Positions 9,501 through 16,745 of a stretch of DNA of 61,641 nucleotides are shown piece by piece. A model generated the notes under the pieces. It made no database searches and had not been told where the DNA came from. It saw nothing but the letters and a program-made list of their open reading frames with translations. The number at the start of each line of letters is the position of its first letter. Position 1 is the first letter of the stretch. The DNA comes from a virus: IMG/VR virus record IMGVR_UViG_3300045988_050566; one strand, 5' to 3'. The position numbers and the translations under genes were made by a program.

Positions 9501-10417
9501 GCGACCTCCAATTCGCCCGTCGTAATCCCGGCCACGTCCTCGTCGTTGAGCCGGAGGGTCTTGTGCTGCCGGGTGGGGAGCTGCTGGAATGTGGACTTGA
9601 CCTCGCCGCTTCCGTCGATGTCGTGAATCCAGTAGCCGCGCTCCTGCCCCTCGTCGTTGAAATTGAGCTGGGAGATGGCCCCGCAGTAGAACGTGTTCTT
9701 GCACCCCTCGAGCTGCTGCGGGCGGTGGATATGCCCGAAACACACGAGGTCGAAGTCTGCCGCCGCCAACGTGTCGGGATAAACGACAGGTTCAAACTGA
9801 CTGAAAAAAGCCGTCTGCCCGCTCTCCATGTTGCAGCCCGTGATGGTGTAGTGCGATACCAGCACCGCCGGGGTGCCCGACTTGCACTGTGCCTTGAGGC
9901 CAATAATCATGTCCGCGATGGCCTTGGTGAATACCTCGTTTTCCTCCTCCTTGGAGAGGCCGGGGTGCTGCGCCCGGTAATACCCCCGGTCGAATCCGGG
10001 GAGGCAAGCGACCTGCACCCAGCCGTATGCCCCGCTGAAAACTTCCACCACCTGCGGCTCCGTGATGATTTTCACCTCTCCGTCGCCCTCGAACGCGGTC
10101 TTGAGCATTTCAAACTGCTGCTCGCTGTCGTGGTTCGGCGTGCCCCGCATCACCACCACCGGGCAAATGGCCGAAAGCTCCCGCAGGAACTTCACCGCCG
10201 TCTGCTGCTCCTTGAGGCCCCGGTCGCTCCATACCCGCGCCTGATGGAAGATGTCGCCCGCGATTACCGCGATGCCCGGCTTTTGTTCTCTGGCCCCCTC
10301 CACCAGTGCGTCGAGGCACTTGCAGATGTCGAGGTATCTCGCGTTCTCCCCGTTCTTCTCCGGGCCGGGGAAATTTCCGATATGGAGGTCGCCCGTATGT
10401 AAAACTCTGATCGCCAT
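6557..10417 (-). CDS. fused SbcD(Mre11)-SbcC(Rad50) nuclease/ATPase, single 1286-aa polypeptide
   Basis: N-terminus LHTGDLHIG...IAGDIFH...GHIH (calcineurin-type phosphoesterase). Walker A INGSNGVGKSSL at about residue 455, then a long coiled coil. C-terminal signature SGGERVKAALSVILALSE and Walker B FLFIDEPPFLD. Confidence 0.9.
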   Translation of the reverse strand: MAIRVLHTGDLHIGNFPGPEKNGENARYLDICKCLDALVEGAREQKPGIAVIAGDIFHQARVWSDRGLKEQQTAVKFLRELSAICPVVVMRGTPNHDSEQQFEMLKTAFEGDGEVKIITEPQVVEVFSGAYGWVQVACLPGFDRGYYRAQHPGLSKEEENEVFTKAIADMIIGLKAQCKSGTPAVLVSHYTITGCNMESGQTAFFSQFEPVVYPDTLAAADFDLVCFGHIHRPQQLEGCKNTFYCGAISQLNFNDEGQERGYWIHDIDGSGEVKSTFQQLPTRQHKTLRLNDEDVAGITTGELEVADFLDRADDLNGKIVRVLYDCTDEHNKAFNHAVFENMLYAVGAFWVQEITPQKITITVDRRSMDADGTPESNLADYLAEKEFTPERIGELVELARPLIAEATEKATQERHTGLFVPMEIEVKNYRNYREEKFSFDGIRFCTINGSNGVGKSSLFMDAMLDALYEEPREGELTGWICNDPEARSGAIKFTFKLGDRLYRVTRTRQKSGKATLNIAECVEGEWVDRSKEKFKDTQQEIVNIIGMDSLTLKACALIMQDQYGLFLQADKEARMNILGSILGLGIYGGMEELAANRATDTNRTIRSLADKADTLTAGLPDSEELAAEIEAAEAQRKGLLEQAESKTAEVDTLKVKLNTQLEAAARVMKLNSKITTLTAQQASKEAAKTAQVATITAAETILAAEPEINAGVAHYKTLLEREKELIKGKAAYDSLATRKQQIESAITLAESAAKDNRQKKAALTLMKIGPLAQAIERAAELTEKHQQYEAATAQLIELEKLLPEFTAARDNLTTWQAEAERTERDYREAKTRLEGRIASLKGKVELLKDSGCPAPDNATCKFLADALAARDALPGEEAALASLEEEYGKLRQTNADALSAAQQAFDDKKHVPEEIDALRASLRLLEAAERDYNSLEAQRSELAVLEERAAELEKSVADAEATAAKGRAELAAVEQQLEQAAAYSRDYDELQRTLLAESRWLDKEKQLPVAREQKAAAAQRILELGSELTEIGEEIREARAELADEQSKTVGREELQAQVDAAEAEVKAVQKQAQELSLRIGGLQAKLGQIRLARKQAAELQEQMNELGGKAAGYEELKKAFSQDGIPHNIIRSIIPVFEATATNILGQMSQGRMSVEFVTEKVLKSNSKKEVTTLDIIINDSDTGRLPYMSRSGGERVKAALSVILALSEIKSSKAGVQLGFLFIDEPPFLDAPGVQAYCDALEAIQQRYGDLKVMAITHDPAMKSRFPQSVDVVKTPEGSKVIYE

Positions 10418-11463
10418 TACTGATTACCCCCAATCGCCCTCTGGCACTTCATGCAGAGCGTCCGCCCGAACTGCTCCTGACTGTACTTCACCACGCCGTT
10501 GCTGCACTTTGCCCCGCACTCGGAGCAGATGGTCGGGTCGTAGTCCGGCGCGGCCTCTGCCGCCTCCTGCTGCCGCTGCTGCGTCTGTCTCGGGTGTTCC
10601 TCCGGCATCTCGCGGTATGCGGCGTTCTCCGGCTCTGTAATCGGCTGGCCGGGGGTCTCGTACTCCATGCCCTCCTCCACGTCGTCCTCGATGAAGATGG
10701 CCCGTCTTGCCTCAGAGACGTGGCCGCCGTAAATCTCCTGCGCCGAGGAAAAGAAATGCTTCACGGCCTCCTGCTTCACCAGTTCGTTGTCGAGGTTCGG
10801 GACGAGGTAGGCCACCACGAACGGCTTGCGCAGCTCCTCGAGGGTGTACGTGCCCTTGATGTGCATGGCCGCCCGCAATGCCCGGTTGATGGCCTTGGTC
10901 TCGCACATCTCCGAGCGGAACTTCAAGAACTCCTTGCGCTGGTTGTCCGTCATGCCGTCCGTAACGTCCTGCACGATGATTTCTTTGTGGGCCACGATTT
11001 CGATGTTCTCCCCGGTAAGCTGGGGGACAGAAATGCGGGCCTCAAACTTCACGTCTTTGTTCGGGCAGGCTCCGCAATTCACCGGGCGGCCAATGCCCTT
11101 GTTGACCTCCGCGCACTTCTGGCAGGTCGTCGGCACCACCGGGCGGGTGTTCAAAATCTTGATGCCCGCCGCCCGCATGAGCTTGTTGAGGCCCTTTTTC
11201 GTGAGCGCCCACCCTGCGGGCTTGGCCGGGTGGTGCTGCCCGTCCCGGCCTGTCCATTCCCGCGTGGCCTTTTCCTGCTCGTAGATTTCCTTGTCCGCCG
11301 GGTTGGTGGAAATCTGCACCACGTTCATCACGGGCTTGTGAATGTCGGCAATCTCCGCCACAGTCTGCATCGGCACGAGCAGGTTGAAACGCTCTGCCGG
11401 GTACTGCTGCGTGATCTGCAAGGCGTTGTGCCCGCTGCCCGTCGTCGCCAAATTGTTTGCCAT
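10417..11463 (-). CDS. hypothetical protein with internal and C-terminal zinc-ribbon motifs (348 aa); possible recombination/ssDNA partner of SbcCD (function not recognised)
   Basis: CQKC...CGAC and CSECG...CMKC motifs. Its stop overlaps the SbcCD start by 1 nt. Confidence 0.7.
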   Translation of the reverse strand: MANNLATTGSGHNALQITQQYPAERFNLLVPMQTVAEIADIHKPVMNVVQISTNPADKEIYEQEKATREWTGRDGQHHPAKPAGWALTKKGLNKLMRAAGIKILNTRPVVPTTCQKCAEVNKGIGRPVNCGACPNKDVKFEARISVPQLTGENIEIVAHKEIIVQDVTDGMTDNQRKEFLKFRSEMCETKAINRALRAAMHIKGTYTLEELRKPFVVAYLVPNLDNELVKQEAVKHFFSSAQEIYGGHVSEARRAIFIEDDVEEGMEYETPGQPITEPENAAYREMPEEHPRQTQQRQQEAAEAAPDYDPTICSECGAKCSNGVVKYSQEQFGRTLCMKCQRAIGGNQ

Positions 11464-11536
11464 GTTAAATTCCTCCTATTGCATTCGCTGGTGTTTTGTG
11501 ATACAATAGGGACACTGGTTAGGGATGGCTCACGCC

Positions 11537-12199
11537 TCATGGCGTGGGCTGTCCTTTTTTTATCCCCATTTGCTCTATGTACCTGTAGGTCTCCCAAAGG
11601 TCTTGCGTGAACTTTGAGAAGCGGTTCCCCTTGACGGTCTCCGCGATAAGCTGCGCCAGATACCACGGCTCCCGCCGTGCCCCGTCCGCGTCGCCCTCTC
11701 GCTCGATGATTCTCTCGAGCTTATGCTCCGCGTAGGCTCTGGCCCCGTCCCACTCGGACGGCGTTATCTGCGAGCCGAGGTACTGCTCCGCCTGCTGTTG
11801 TAATGTTGCCTCCGTCCTGCTCGCCTCCTCTCCCTGCCGCGCTGCGGCTGGCCTCCGGCCCCTCCTTGCAGTCGCAAACCTCGCCAAAATCAAGGTGCGC
11901 CCCGCAGTCCGGGCAAATGTTGAACTTAATCCGTGCTTGCCCTCCTCGAAAATCTTGTCGCACACCTGCTTGTGGATGATGCAGAACGCTCCGCAGAACA
12001 GAACGCCAATCAAAAGCCACTCGCCGCCAACTGCGCTGTAGCCGCGCAGCTTGTGCGCCAGCGGGACTAAAATCGCGGCGGCCACTCCCGCCTGCAGCCC
12101 TGCCGCCAGCAGCTCCGCCGTGAATACCACCGTCCAAGCCGCCGCCCTGCGTAGGCTCTGTCTGCGCCGTCTCCTGCGCCGTGCCTGCTGTCTCGTCAT
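11537..12199 (-). CDS. predicted membrane protein (220 aa)
   Basis: Arg-rich N-terminus followed by two hydrophobic segments. The middle third looks low-complexity, and an alternative frame there encodes a zinc ribbon (see findings). Confidence 0.55.
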   Translation of the reverse strand: MTRQQARRRRRRRQSLRRAAAWTVVFTAELLAAGLQAGVAAAILVPLAHKLRGYSAVGGEWLLIGVLFCGAFCIIHKQVCDKIFEEGKHGLSSTFARTAGRTLILARFATARRGRRPAAARQGEEASRTEATLQQQAEQYLGSQITPSEWDGARAYAEHKLERIIEREGDADGARREPWYLAQLIAETVKGNRFSKFTQDLWETYRYIEQMGIKKGQPTP

Positions 12200-12211
12200 G
12201 TCGTCCGCCTC

Positions 12212-12847
12212 CTAACGGTAAAATCTGTGGTTTCCCTCTTGGAACAGATACTCGAGGTTCCTGCTGTGCCAACTGTCGTTCTCGCAGCTCTCGAAGTACA
12301 AGGCCCCTTGGCTGCCGTCCCAGCCTGCGCTCACGAGGGCCAGTGCCTCCCGGCACCCCTCGTCCGGCTCCGTCGTGTAGTACCTGCCTCCCGGCTCCGT
12401 GACGGAAAACTGCCTCGGCTGGAATATGACCTCCTCGATGGTGTCGGGGAACTCGTCGCTCCATACCCGGTTGAGGACTACGAGCATCACCAGTGCCTTG
12501 CCCTCGACGCTCTCGCCCTCCGCCTCTGCCATCGCAATTTTCATCAGCAGCTCCGCGTCCTCTGCGCCCCAGTCCCGGCTTCCAATCAGGCTCTCGTATG
12601 TATTCTCCTCCGGAGCCTCCTCTGTTGCCGCTGGCGTAGCCTCCGGCTCCAGCGTGGCCTCCGGGGTGATCGTGACCGCCGGGGCCGTTGTCGCTACCAC
12701 CTGCGGCTCATAGACGCTCCCCGGTAGGCTGGGGGCTGGTGCGGGGCTTCCTGCGGCTATCGTTCCGAACGCTGTCCCCGCCATCATCACCGCCGTTACC
12801 ATCGTTACGACCATCGGCGGGTATCTCCGTATCTTCTTCCTGTTCAT
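12212..12847 (-). CDS. secreted cell-wall hydrolase, SleB/CwlJ (Hydrolase_2) family (211 aa)
   Basis: Signal-peptide-like N-terminus MNRKKIRRYPPMVVTMVTAVMMAGTAFG. Catalytic-domain signature AMAEAEGESVEGKALVMLVVLNRVWSDEFPDTIEEVIFQPRQF. Confidence 0.85.
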   Translation of the reverse strand: MNRKKIRRYPPMVVTMVTAVMMAGTAFGTIAAGSPAPAPSLPGSVYEPQVVATTAPAVTITPEATLEPEATPAATEEAPEENTYESLIGSRDWGAEDAELLMKIAMAEAEGESVEGKALVMLVVLNRVWSDEFPDTIEEVIFQPRQFSVTEPGGRYYTTEPDEGCREALALVSAGWDGSQGALYFESCENDSWHSRNLEYLFQEGNHRFYR

Positions 12848-13010
12848 AAATCCCGGCTGCGGCTGCCGCGTTGAATTGCCTCTGCGCCTGCTGTGCGATG
12901 CACTGTAAAAGCCATTCGACCTCGCTGGCCGTCTTTTTGCAGTAGTTGTCAGCTATCCGTATCCGGGTGTTCCCGATGTGGAAGTCCCTGACAACATTCG
13001 CCGCAACCAT
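12708..13010 (-). CDS. hypothetical protein (100 aa); 3' third overlaps the SleB-like start
   Basis: ORF track; GGAGGTG RBS. The last ~45 codons overlap the next gene and look low-complexity. Confidence 0.5.
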   Translation of the reverse strand: MVAANVVRDFHIGNTRIRIADNYCKKTASEVEWLLQCIAQQAQRQFNAAAAAGIYEQEEDTEIPADGRNDGNGGDDGGDSVRNDSRRKPRTSPQPTGERL

Positions 13011-13021
13011 TTCGCACCTCC

Positions 13022-13516
13022 CTAATCGAATTTTCCGAGCCTCGCCGCCTTTTCCAGTACGGCGAGGTTTTCGTCTGCCCTCCGGCGGAACTCAAGGAGC
13101 TTTTTCTGAACTTCTTCCAGCGTCGTCCATTCCCCAGCCGTTACCTCCCCGTCCTCCATGATGAGCGATAACTGCTTTGTGACCTCCTCCATCTCGTAGA
13201 CCGAGTTTTGGAGCCGTATCAAGGCCCTTTCCGCTGGCATCTCGGGTATCTCCCGGCAATCCTTTCCCAGCGGGCACTCGTTCACGCAGTACCACGCCCG
13301 CAGCTCCGGCTCGTTGTAAGCGTCTGCCATCAGTGCGACTACGATGTTCGGCGGCCTTGTGATGTCCAGCTCGTACTTCTTGAGGCTGTCCTCCGTCACT
13401 CCGGGGAGGTATTCAATCGCCCCCGCCCTTGTCAAGAGCTTTTCGTTGTACTTTGCTGCCCTCATACGGGCCTCGTAGTACCTGTTTCCTACGGCTTTTG
13501 TAGCCTGCCTTGACAT
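13022..13516 (-). CDS. putative DNA-binding regulator (164 aa)
   Basis: N-terminal HTH-like segment plus a YCVNECPLGKDC motif. First gene after the Cro-like gene. Family assignment from memory only. Confidence 0.55.
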   Translation of the reverse strand: MSRQATKAVGNRYYEARMRAAKYNEKLLTRAGAIEYLPGVTEDSLKKYELDITRPPNIVVALMADAYNEPELRAWYCVNECPLGKDCREIPEMPAERALIRLQNSVYEMEEVTKQLSLIMEDGEVTAGEWTTLEEVQKKLLEFRRRADENLAVLEKAARLGKFD

Positions 13517-13611
13517 TTATTTTCGCCCCCTCTCGCGGTAAAATTATTTCAGGTTCAGACAAGAGGCTCGACGCGAACAGCGACACTCTTTCGCCTCTCT
13601 TTGCCCTTTAT

Positions 13612-13646
13612 GCCCCATTTTGGGGCGTAACTGGGTAAAAAAATTA
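13612..13646 (-). promoter_or_regulatory. conserved post-stop element: TAA-T7-ACC-N5-AC-GCCCCAAAATGGGGC (copy 1 of 2)
   Basis: Minus strand reads TAATTTTTTTACCCAGTTACGCCCCAAAATGGGGC immediately after the cro-like stop. A near-identical string follows the stop of gene 21895..22302. Confidence 0.6.
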
Positions 13647-13853
13647 TTTCCGTCCCACGGGCATGGTGTTGTCGAAAATGTCGTCGCCGTAGTAGTTCAG
13701 CACTCGCTTAATCCGCAACGCCAGCCGCAACGCGGGTTGTTTGTCTCCTGTCTCGATCTGCGCGTAGTGGCTGCGGCTCGTCCCCACCGCAGCACTGAAT
13801 GTCTGCTGGGTGTAGCCGTTCGATTTCCGCAACTGCTGCAACTTCGCTCTCAT
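13644..13853 (-). CDS. Cro-like XRE-family HTH protein (69 aa)
   Basis: MRAKLQQLRKSNGYTQQTFSAAVGTSRSHYAQIETGDKQP. RBS AAAGGAG 7 nt before the ATG at 13853. Divergent from the CI-like gene. Confidence 0.8.
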   Translation of the reverse strand: MRAKLQQLRKSNGYTQQTFSAAVGTSRSHYAQIETGDKQPALRLALRIKRVLNYYGDDIFDNTMPVGRK

Positions 13854-13902
13854 GTTCTCGCTCCTTTCCTCGTGTGTGTCCCGTTTTGGGGTTCTGTAGA
13901 GC

Positions 13903-13931
13903 ATTATAGTCCCTTTTTGGGGCAAAGTCAA
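13903..13931 (-). promoter_or_regulatory. sigma-70-type early promoter (PR-like): TTGACT-17-TATAAT
   Basis: Minus strand reads TTGACTttgccccaaaaagggacTATAAT. The spacer is the inverted repeat GCCCCAAAAAGGGAC. Confidence 0.75.
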
Positions 13932-13990
13932 CCAATCCGGCAAACTTTTTTCGCAATCTCCTGATATTTGCCGATTTTAGGGGCAATTAC

Positions 13991-14019
13991 TACACAAAAC
14001 GGGGCAAAAATGCTATGAT
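13991..14019 (+). promoter_or_regulatory. candidate repressor-maintenance promoter: TACACA-17-(TGc)TATGAT extended -10
   Basis: Read on the + strand upstream of the RBS GGAGG (14032-14036) and ATG 14045. GGGGCAA motifs at 13919, 13980 and 14001 flank it. Confidence 0.45.
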
Positions 14020-14044
14020 TAAATTTACTGCGGAGGTGCTATCC

Positions 14045-14650
14045 ATGCAAAACTTTTCCAACCGTCTGATTTCCCTGCGTAAAGAGCGGGGCCTCACCCA
14101 AGAGGACTTGGCAAACCTAATCCACAAAAAGCGTTCCACCGTCTCCGGCTACGAGACCGAGGGCAAGGAGCCTGACCTCGATACGGTCTGCTGGCTGGCG
14201 AATTACTTCGACGTGTCCACCGACTACCTGCTGGGCTACTCCGACGAGCGCAACCACGTTGAGCAGGTCTTTTTCAACGACAAGGTGAACTTTGAGCGTC
14301 ACTACAAGAATCTGCCCGCCGAGCTGCGCCCCGTCGTCTCCAAGTGCTTCGACAGCTTCTACCTGCTGCTGTCCCGTGATATGCAGCTCGCCCGGCCTGA
14401 ACGCCTCCGGGTCTACGAGGAGCTGCTTCACACCCTCCAATCCCAGCGGGCGGACATTCGCAAGGCAATCGAGGCCTCCGGCGGTGCTGTCACCGACCCC
14501 GTTGCCCTCTCCGACCTCATGGCTATGCAGGGCCAGCTCAAAAACGCTGTGGCCGCTCTGCTGGACAAGCTCATGCAGGCCGACATGGAAATCGCGTTCA
14601 ACATCAAGAGAGACGAAGCCGCCGGGTACAAAAGCGGGTCGGCAATGTGA
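14045..14650 (+). CDS. CI-like repressor, XRE-family HTH with helical C-terminal domain (201 aa)
   Basis: MQNFSNRLISLRKERGLTQEDLANLIHKKRSTVSGYETEGKEPDLDTVCWLANYFDVSTDYLLG. GGAGGTG 6 nt upstream. The track start 14015 lies inside the -10 box. Confidence 0.85.
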   Translation: MQNFSNRLISLRKERGLTQEDLANLIHKKRSTVSGYETEGKEPDLDTVCWLANYFDVSTDYLLGYSDERNHVEQVFFNDKVNFERHYKNLPAELRPVVSKCFDSFYLLLSRDMQLARPERLRVYEELLHTLQSQRADIRKAIEASGGAVTDPVALSDLMAMQGQLKNAVAALLDKLMQADMEIAFNIKRDEAAGYKSGSAM

Positions 14651-14707
14651 TCTACGTGGACTTTCGCCCCTCCCCGTGAGGGGCGTTTCCTTTGGAGGTG
14701 AATCCCT

Positions 14708-16333
14708 ATGCGAAATTATCCACCCCTTTCCTCCGCCGAGGAATACTGTATGTACCTCCGCAAGTCCCGCGTAGACATCGAGGCCGAGGCCCACGGCGAG
14801 GGCGAAACGCTGGCCCGCCATGAAAAGCTCCTGCTGGAAGTCGCCCGGCGCGATAAGCTCAACGTCACGCAGATTTACCGCGAGGTCGTCTCCGGCGAGA
14901 CCATCGCCTCCCGGCCCGTCATGCAGCACGTCCTCCAAGAGGTCGAGCAAGGCCGCTGGGCTGGCGTTCTCGTCGTCGAGGTCGAGCGTCTGGCCCGTGG
15001 CGACACCATCGACCAAGGCATCATGGCGCAGACGTTCAAGTATTCCGGCACCAAAATCGTCACCCCGCTCAAGGTCTACGACCCCAACAATGAGTACGAC
15101 GAGGAGTATTTCGAGTTTGGCCTGTTCATGTCCCGCCGGGAGTATAAAACCATCAACCGCCGCTTGCAGCGTGGCCGCCTTGCCGCCGCCAAAGAGGGCA
15201 AGTGGGTCTCCGGTGTGGCCCCCTACGGCTACGAGAAAATCCGGGTGCCGAACGATAAGGGCTGGACGCTGCGCCCGGTCGAGGCCGAGGCCGATATTGT
15301 CCGCTTCATCTTCCGGCTCTACACCTCCGGCGAGGAGGCCGAGGACGGCGAGGTGAAAAAGCTGGGGACATACTCGCTCGCCGTGCGTCTCGACCGCATG
15401 GGCGTTACCCCTCCGGGCGGCGCGCCCTGTTGGAGCAGCACCACGATACAGTCCATCCTCGAGAATCCCGTCTACGTCGGGAAAATCCGCTGGAACGTCC
15501 ACAAGACGAAAAAGCGCGTTATCGGCAGCTCCGTCCGCGTCGAGCGGTACACCGCCCCGGAGGGCGAGCAGGTCTTTGTCGATGGCCTGCACCCCGCCAT
15601 TGTGGACGAGGCCGTTTTTCTCGCGGCCCAAGAGCTGATCGCTCAAAAAGGCCCTCCGCCTGTTCAGGCGGCCAACACTGTCACCAATCCTCTGGCCGGG
15701 GTTCTCGTCTGTGGCAAATGCGGCCGCAGCATCGTCCTCCGCCCCAATCCAACCTACGGCGGTATGCTCATGTGCCCTAACCGCGCTTGCGATAACGTCG
15801 GCTCCAAGTACGACATCGTGGAGGAGCGTCTGCTGCAAGCCCTCGCCCAATGGCTGGAAGATTACCGCCTCGAGTGGTCTGACCGTCCTCCCTCCGAGGA
15901 GCAGGCCCTCATGGAGCTAAAAGCCAAGTCCATCCGCAAGGCCCAGTCCGAGGTGGAGACGCTTCAACGCCAGCTCGAGCGCACCCACGACCTCTTGGAG
16001 CAGGGGGTCTACGATACCGAGATGTTCCTCGCCCGCTCCCGGTCTATCACCGGGCGAATCAACGCCGCCCAAGAGAGCATCGCCTCCCTAACCTCCGAGC
16101 TGGCCGAGGAGGAGGCCCGCGCCGCCTCCCGCCGGAATATCGTTCCCAAGGTCGAGAAGCTGCTGGAAGTCTACTCCGCGCTCCCCTCTGCGCAGGCCAA
16201 GAATGATATGCTCAAGGGCGTGCTGGAAAAGGTCGAGTACACCAAGCTCCACCGTTCCGGCCGCAATGGGCCGTTCGATAACTTCGAGCTGCTGCTGTAC
16301 CCCAAGCTGCCGCCCTCCGGCCTCGGGGAATAA
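14708..16333 (+). CDS. int: large serine recombinase (integrase), 541 aa
   Basis: Resolvase catalytic domain YLRKSRVD...RPVMQHVLQEVEQGRWAGVLVVEVERLARGD, recombinase domain, zinc ribbon CGKCGRS...CPNRACDN, and a C-terminal coiled coil. Confidence 0.95.
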   Translation: MRNYPPLSSAEEYCMYLRKSRVDIEAEAHGEGETLARHEKLLLEVARRDKLNVTQIYREVVSGETIASRPVMQHVLQEVEQGRWAGVLVVEVERLARGDTIDQGIMAQTFKYSGTKIVTPLKVYDPNNEYDEEYFEFGLFMSRREYKTINRRLQRGRLAAAKEGKWVSGVAPYGYEKIRVPNDKGWTLRPVEAEADIVRFIFRLYTSGEEAEDGEVKKLGTYSLAVRLDRMGVTPPGGAPCWSSTTIQSILENPVYVGKIRWNVHKTKKRVIGSSVRVERYTAPEGEQVFVDGLHPAIVDEAVFLAAQELIAQKGPPPVQAANTVTNPLAGVLVCGKCGRSIVLRPNPTYGGMLMCPNRACDNVGSKYDIVEERLLQALAQWLEDYRLEWSDRPPSEEQALMELKAKSIRKAQSEVETLQRQLERTHDLLEQGVYDTEMFLARSRSITGRINAAQESIASLTSELAEEEARAASRRNIVPKVEKLLEVYSALPSAQAKNDMLKGVLEKVEYTKLHRSGRNGPFDNFELLLYPKLPPSGLGE

Positions 16334-16745
16334 CGGAAATAATTAAAGCCGTCCATTTCGGGCGGCTTTTCTTTGTGACAACCTTGCAGGTGTGATATGT
16401 GACTGCTGCAAGGTTATCACAAATAAGCCTAAAAAATCGCGCCCGGCTGTCCTGCGAAAAGTGTCCGGCGCAGAAGCCCAAAATCTGATATGCGCGTGAG
16501 ATTTTCCCCACAGCCATGTCAACCAGGTTCCGGGTCTCCGGGTCTGACACCCCAGCAAGGGCCTCTTTGAACGCCTGCTCCGCCTCGTCCACCTCCGGCA
16601 CGTCAAACCGCTCTACGAGCTGCTGGGCGGTCTCCGAGGTAGCGAAGCTGCGGAGCCGTGCCGTCTCCCGTTCCCAAAGCTGCTCCGGGGTGGGAGCTGG
16701 CGGCTGCGTCCGCGTAAACCAACGGGCATAAAAGTCGTCGGCCAT
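16212..16745 (-). CDS. hypothetical protein (177 aa as written); last gene of the accessory operon; its 3' end runs through the candidate attP, the terminator and the integrase 3' end
   Basis: RBS ACAGGAGG 7 nt before the ATG. The N-terminal ~120 aa look protein-like. The tail past about 16420 is antisense to int. Confidence 0.55.
   Translation of the reverse strand: MADDFYARWFTRTQPPAPTPEQLWERETARLRSFATSETAQQLVERFDVPEVDEAEQAFKEALAGVSDPETRNLVDMAVGKISRAYQILGFCAGHFSQDSRARFFRLICDNLAAVTYHTCKVVTKKSRPKWTALIISVIPRGRRAAAWGTAAARSYRTAHCGRNGGAWCTRPFPARP
16346..16372 (+). terminator. rho-independent terminator after int (hairpin usable on both strands)
   Basis: AAGCCGTCC-atttc-GGGCGGCTT followed by TTCTTT. 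The minus-strand version is followed by TTTAATTATTT. Confidence 0.7.
16374..16421. other. candidate attP core: 16-bp imperfect inverted repeats (15/16) flanking a 16-nt centre
   Basis: TGTGACAACCTTGCAG (16374-16389) and CTGCAAGGTTATCACA (16406-16421), 41 bp downstream of the serine-integrase stop. Confidence 0.4.

Noticed and set aside
16212-16400. Treating the whole 177-aa ORF 16212..16745 as a bona fide protein.
   Set aside because: The last ~60 codons run through the candidate attP and the bidirectional terminator, and are antisense to the integrase 3' end. They are probably fortuitous read-on, so only the N-terminal ~120 aa are considered reliable.
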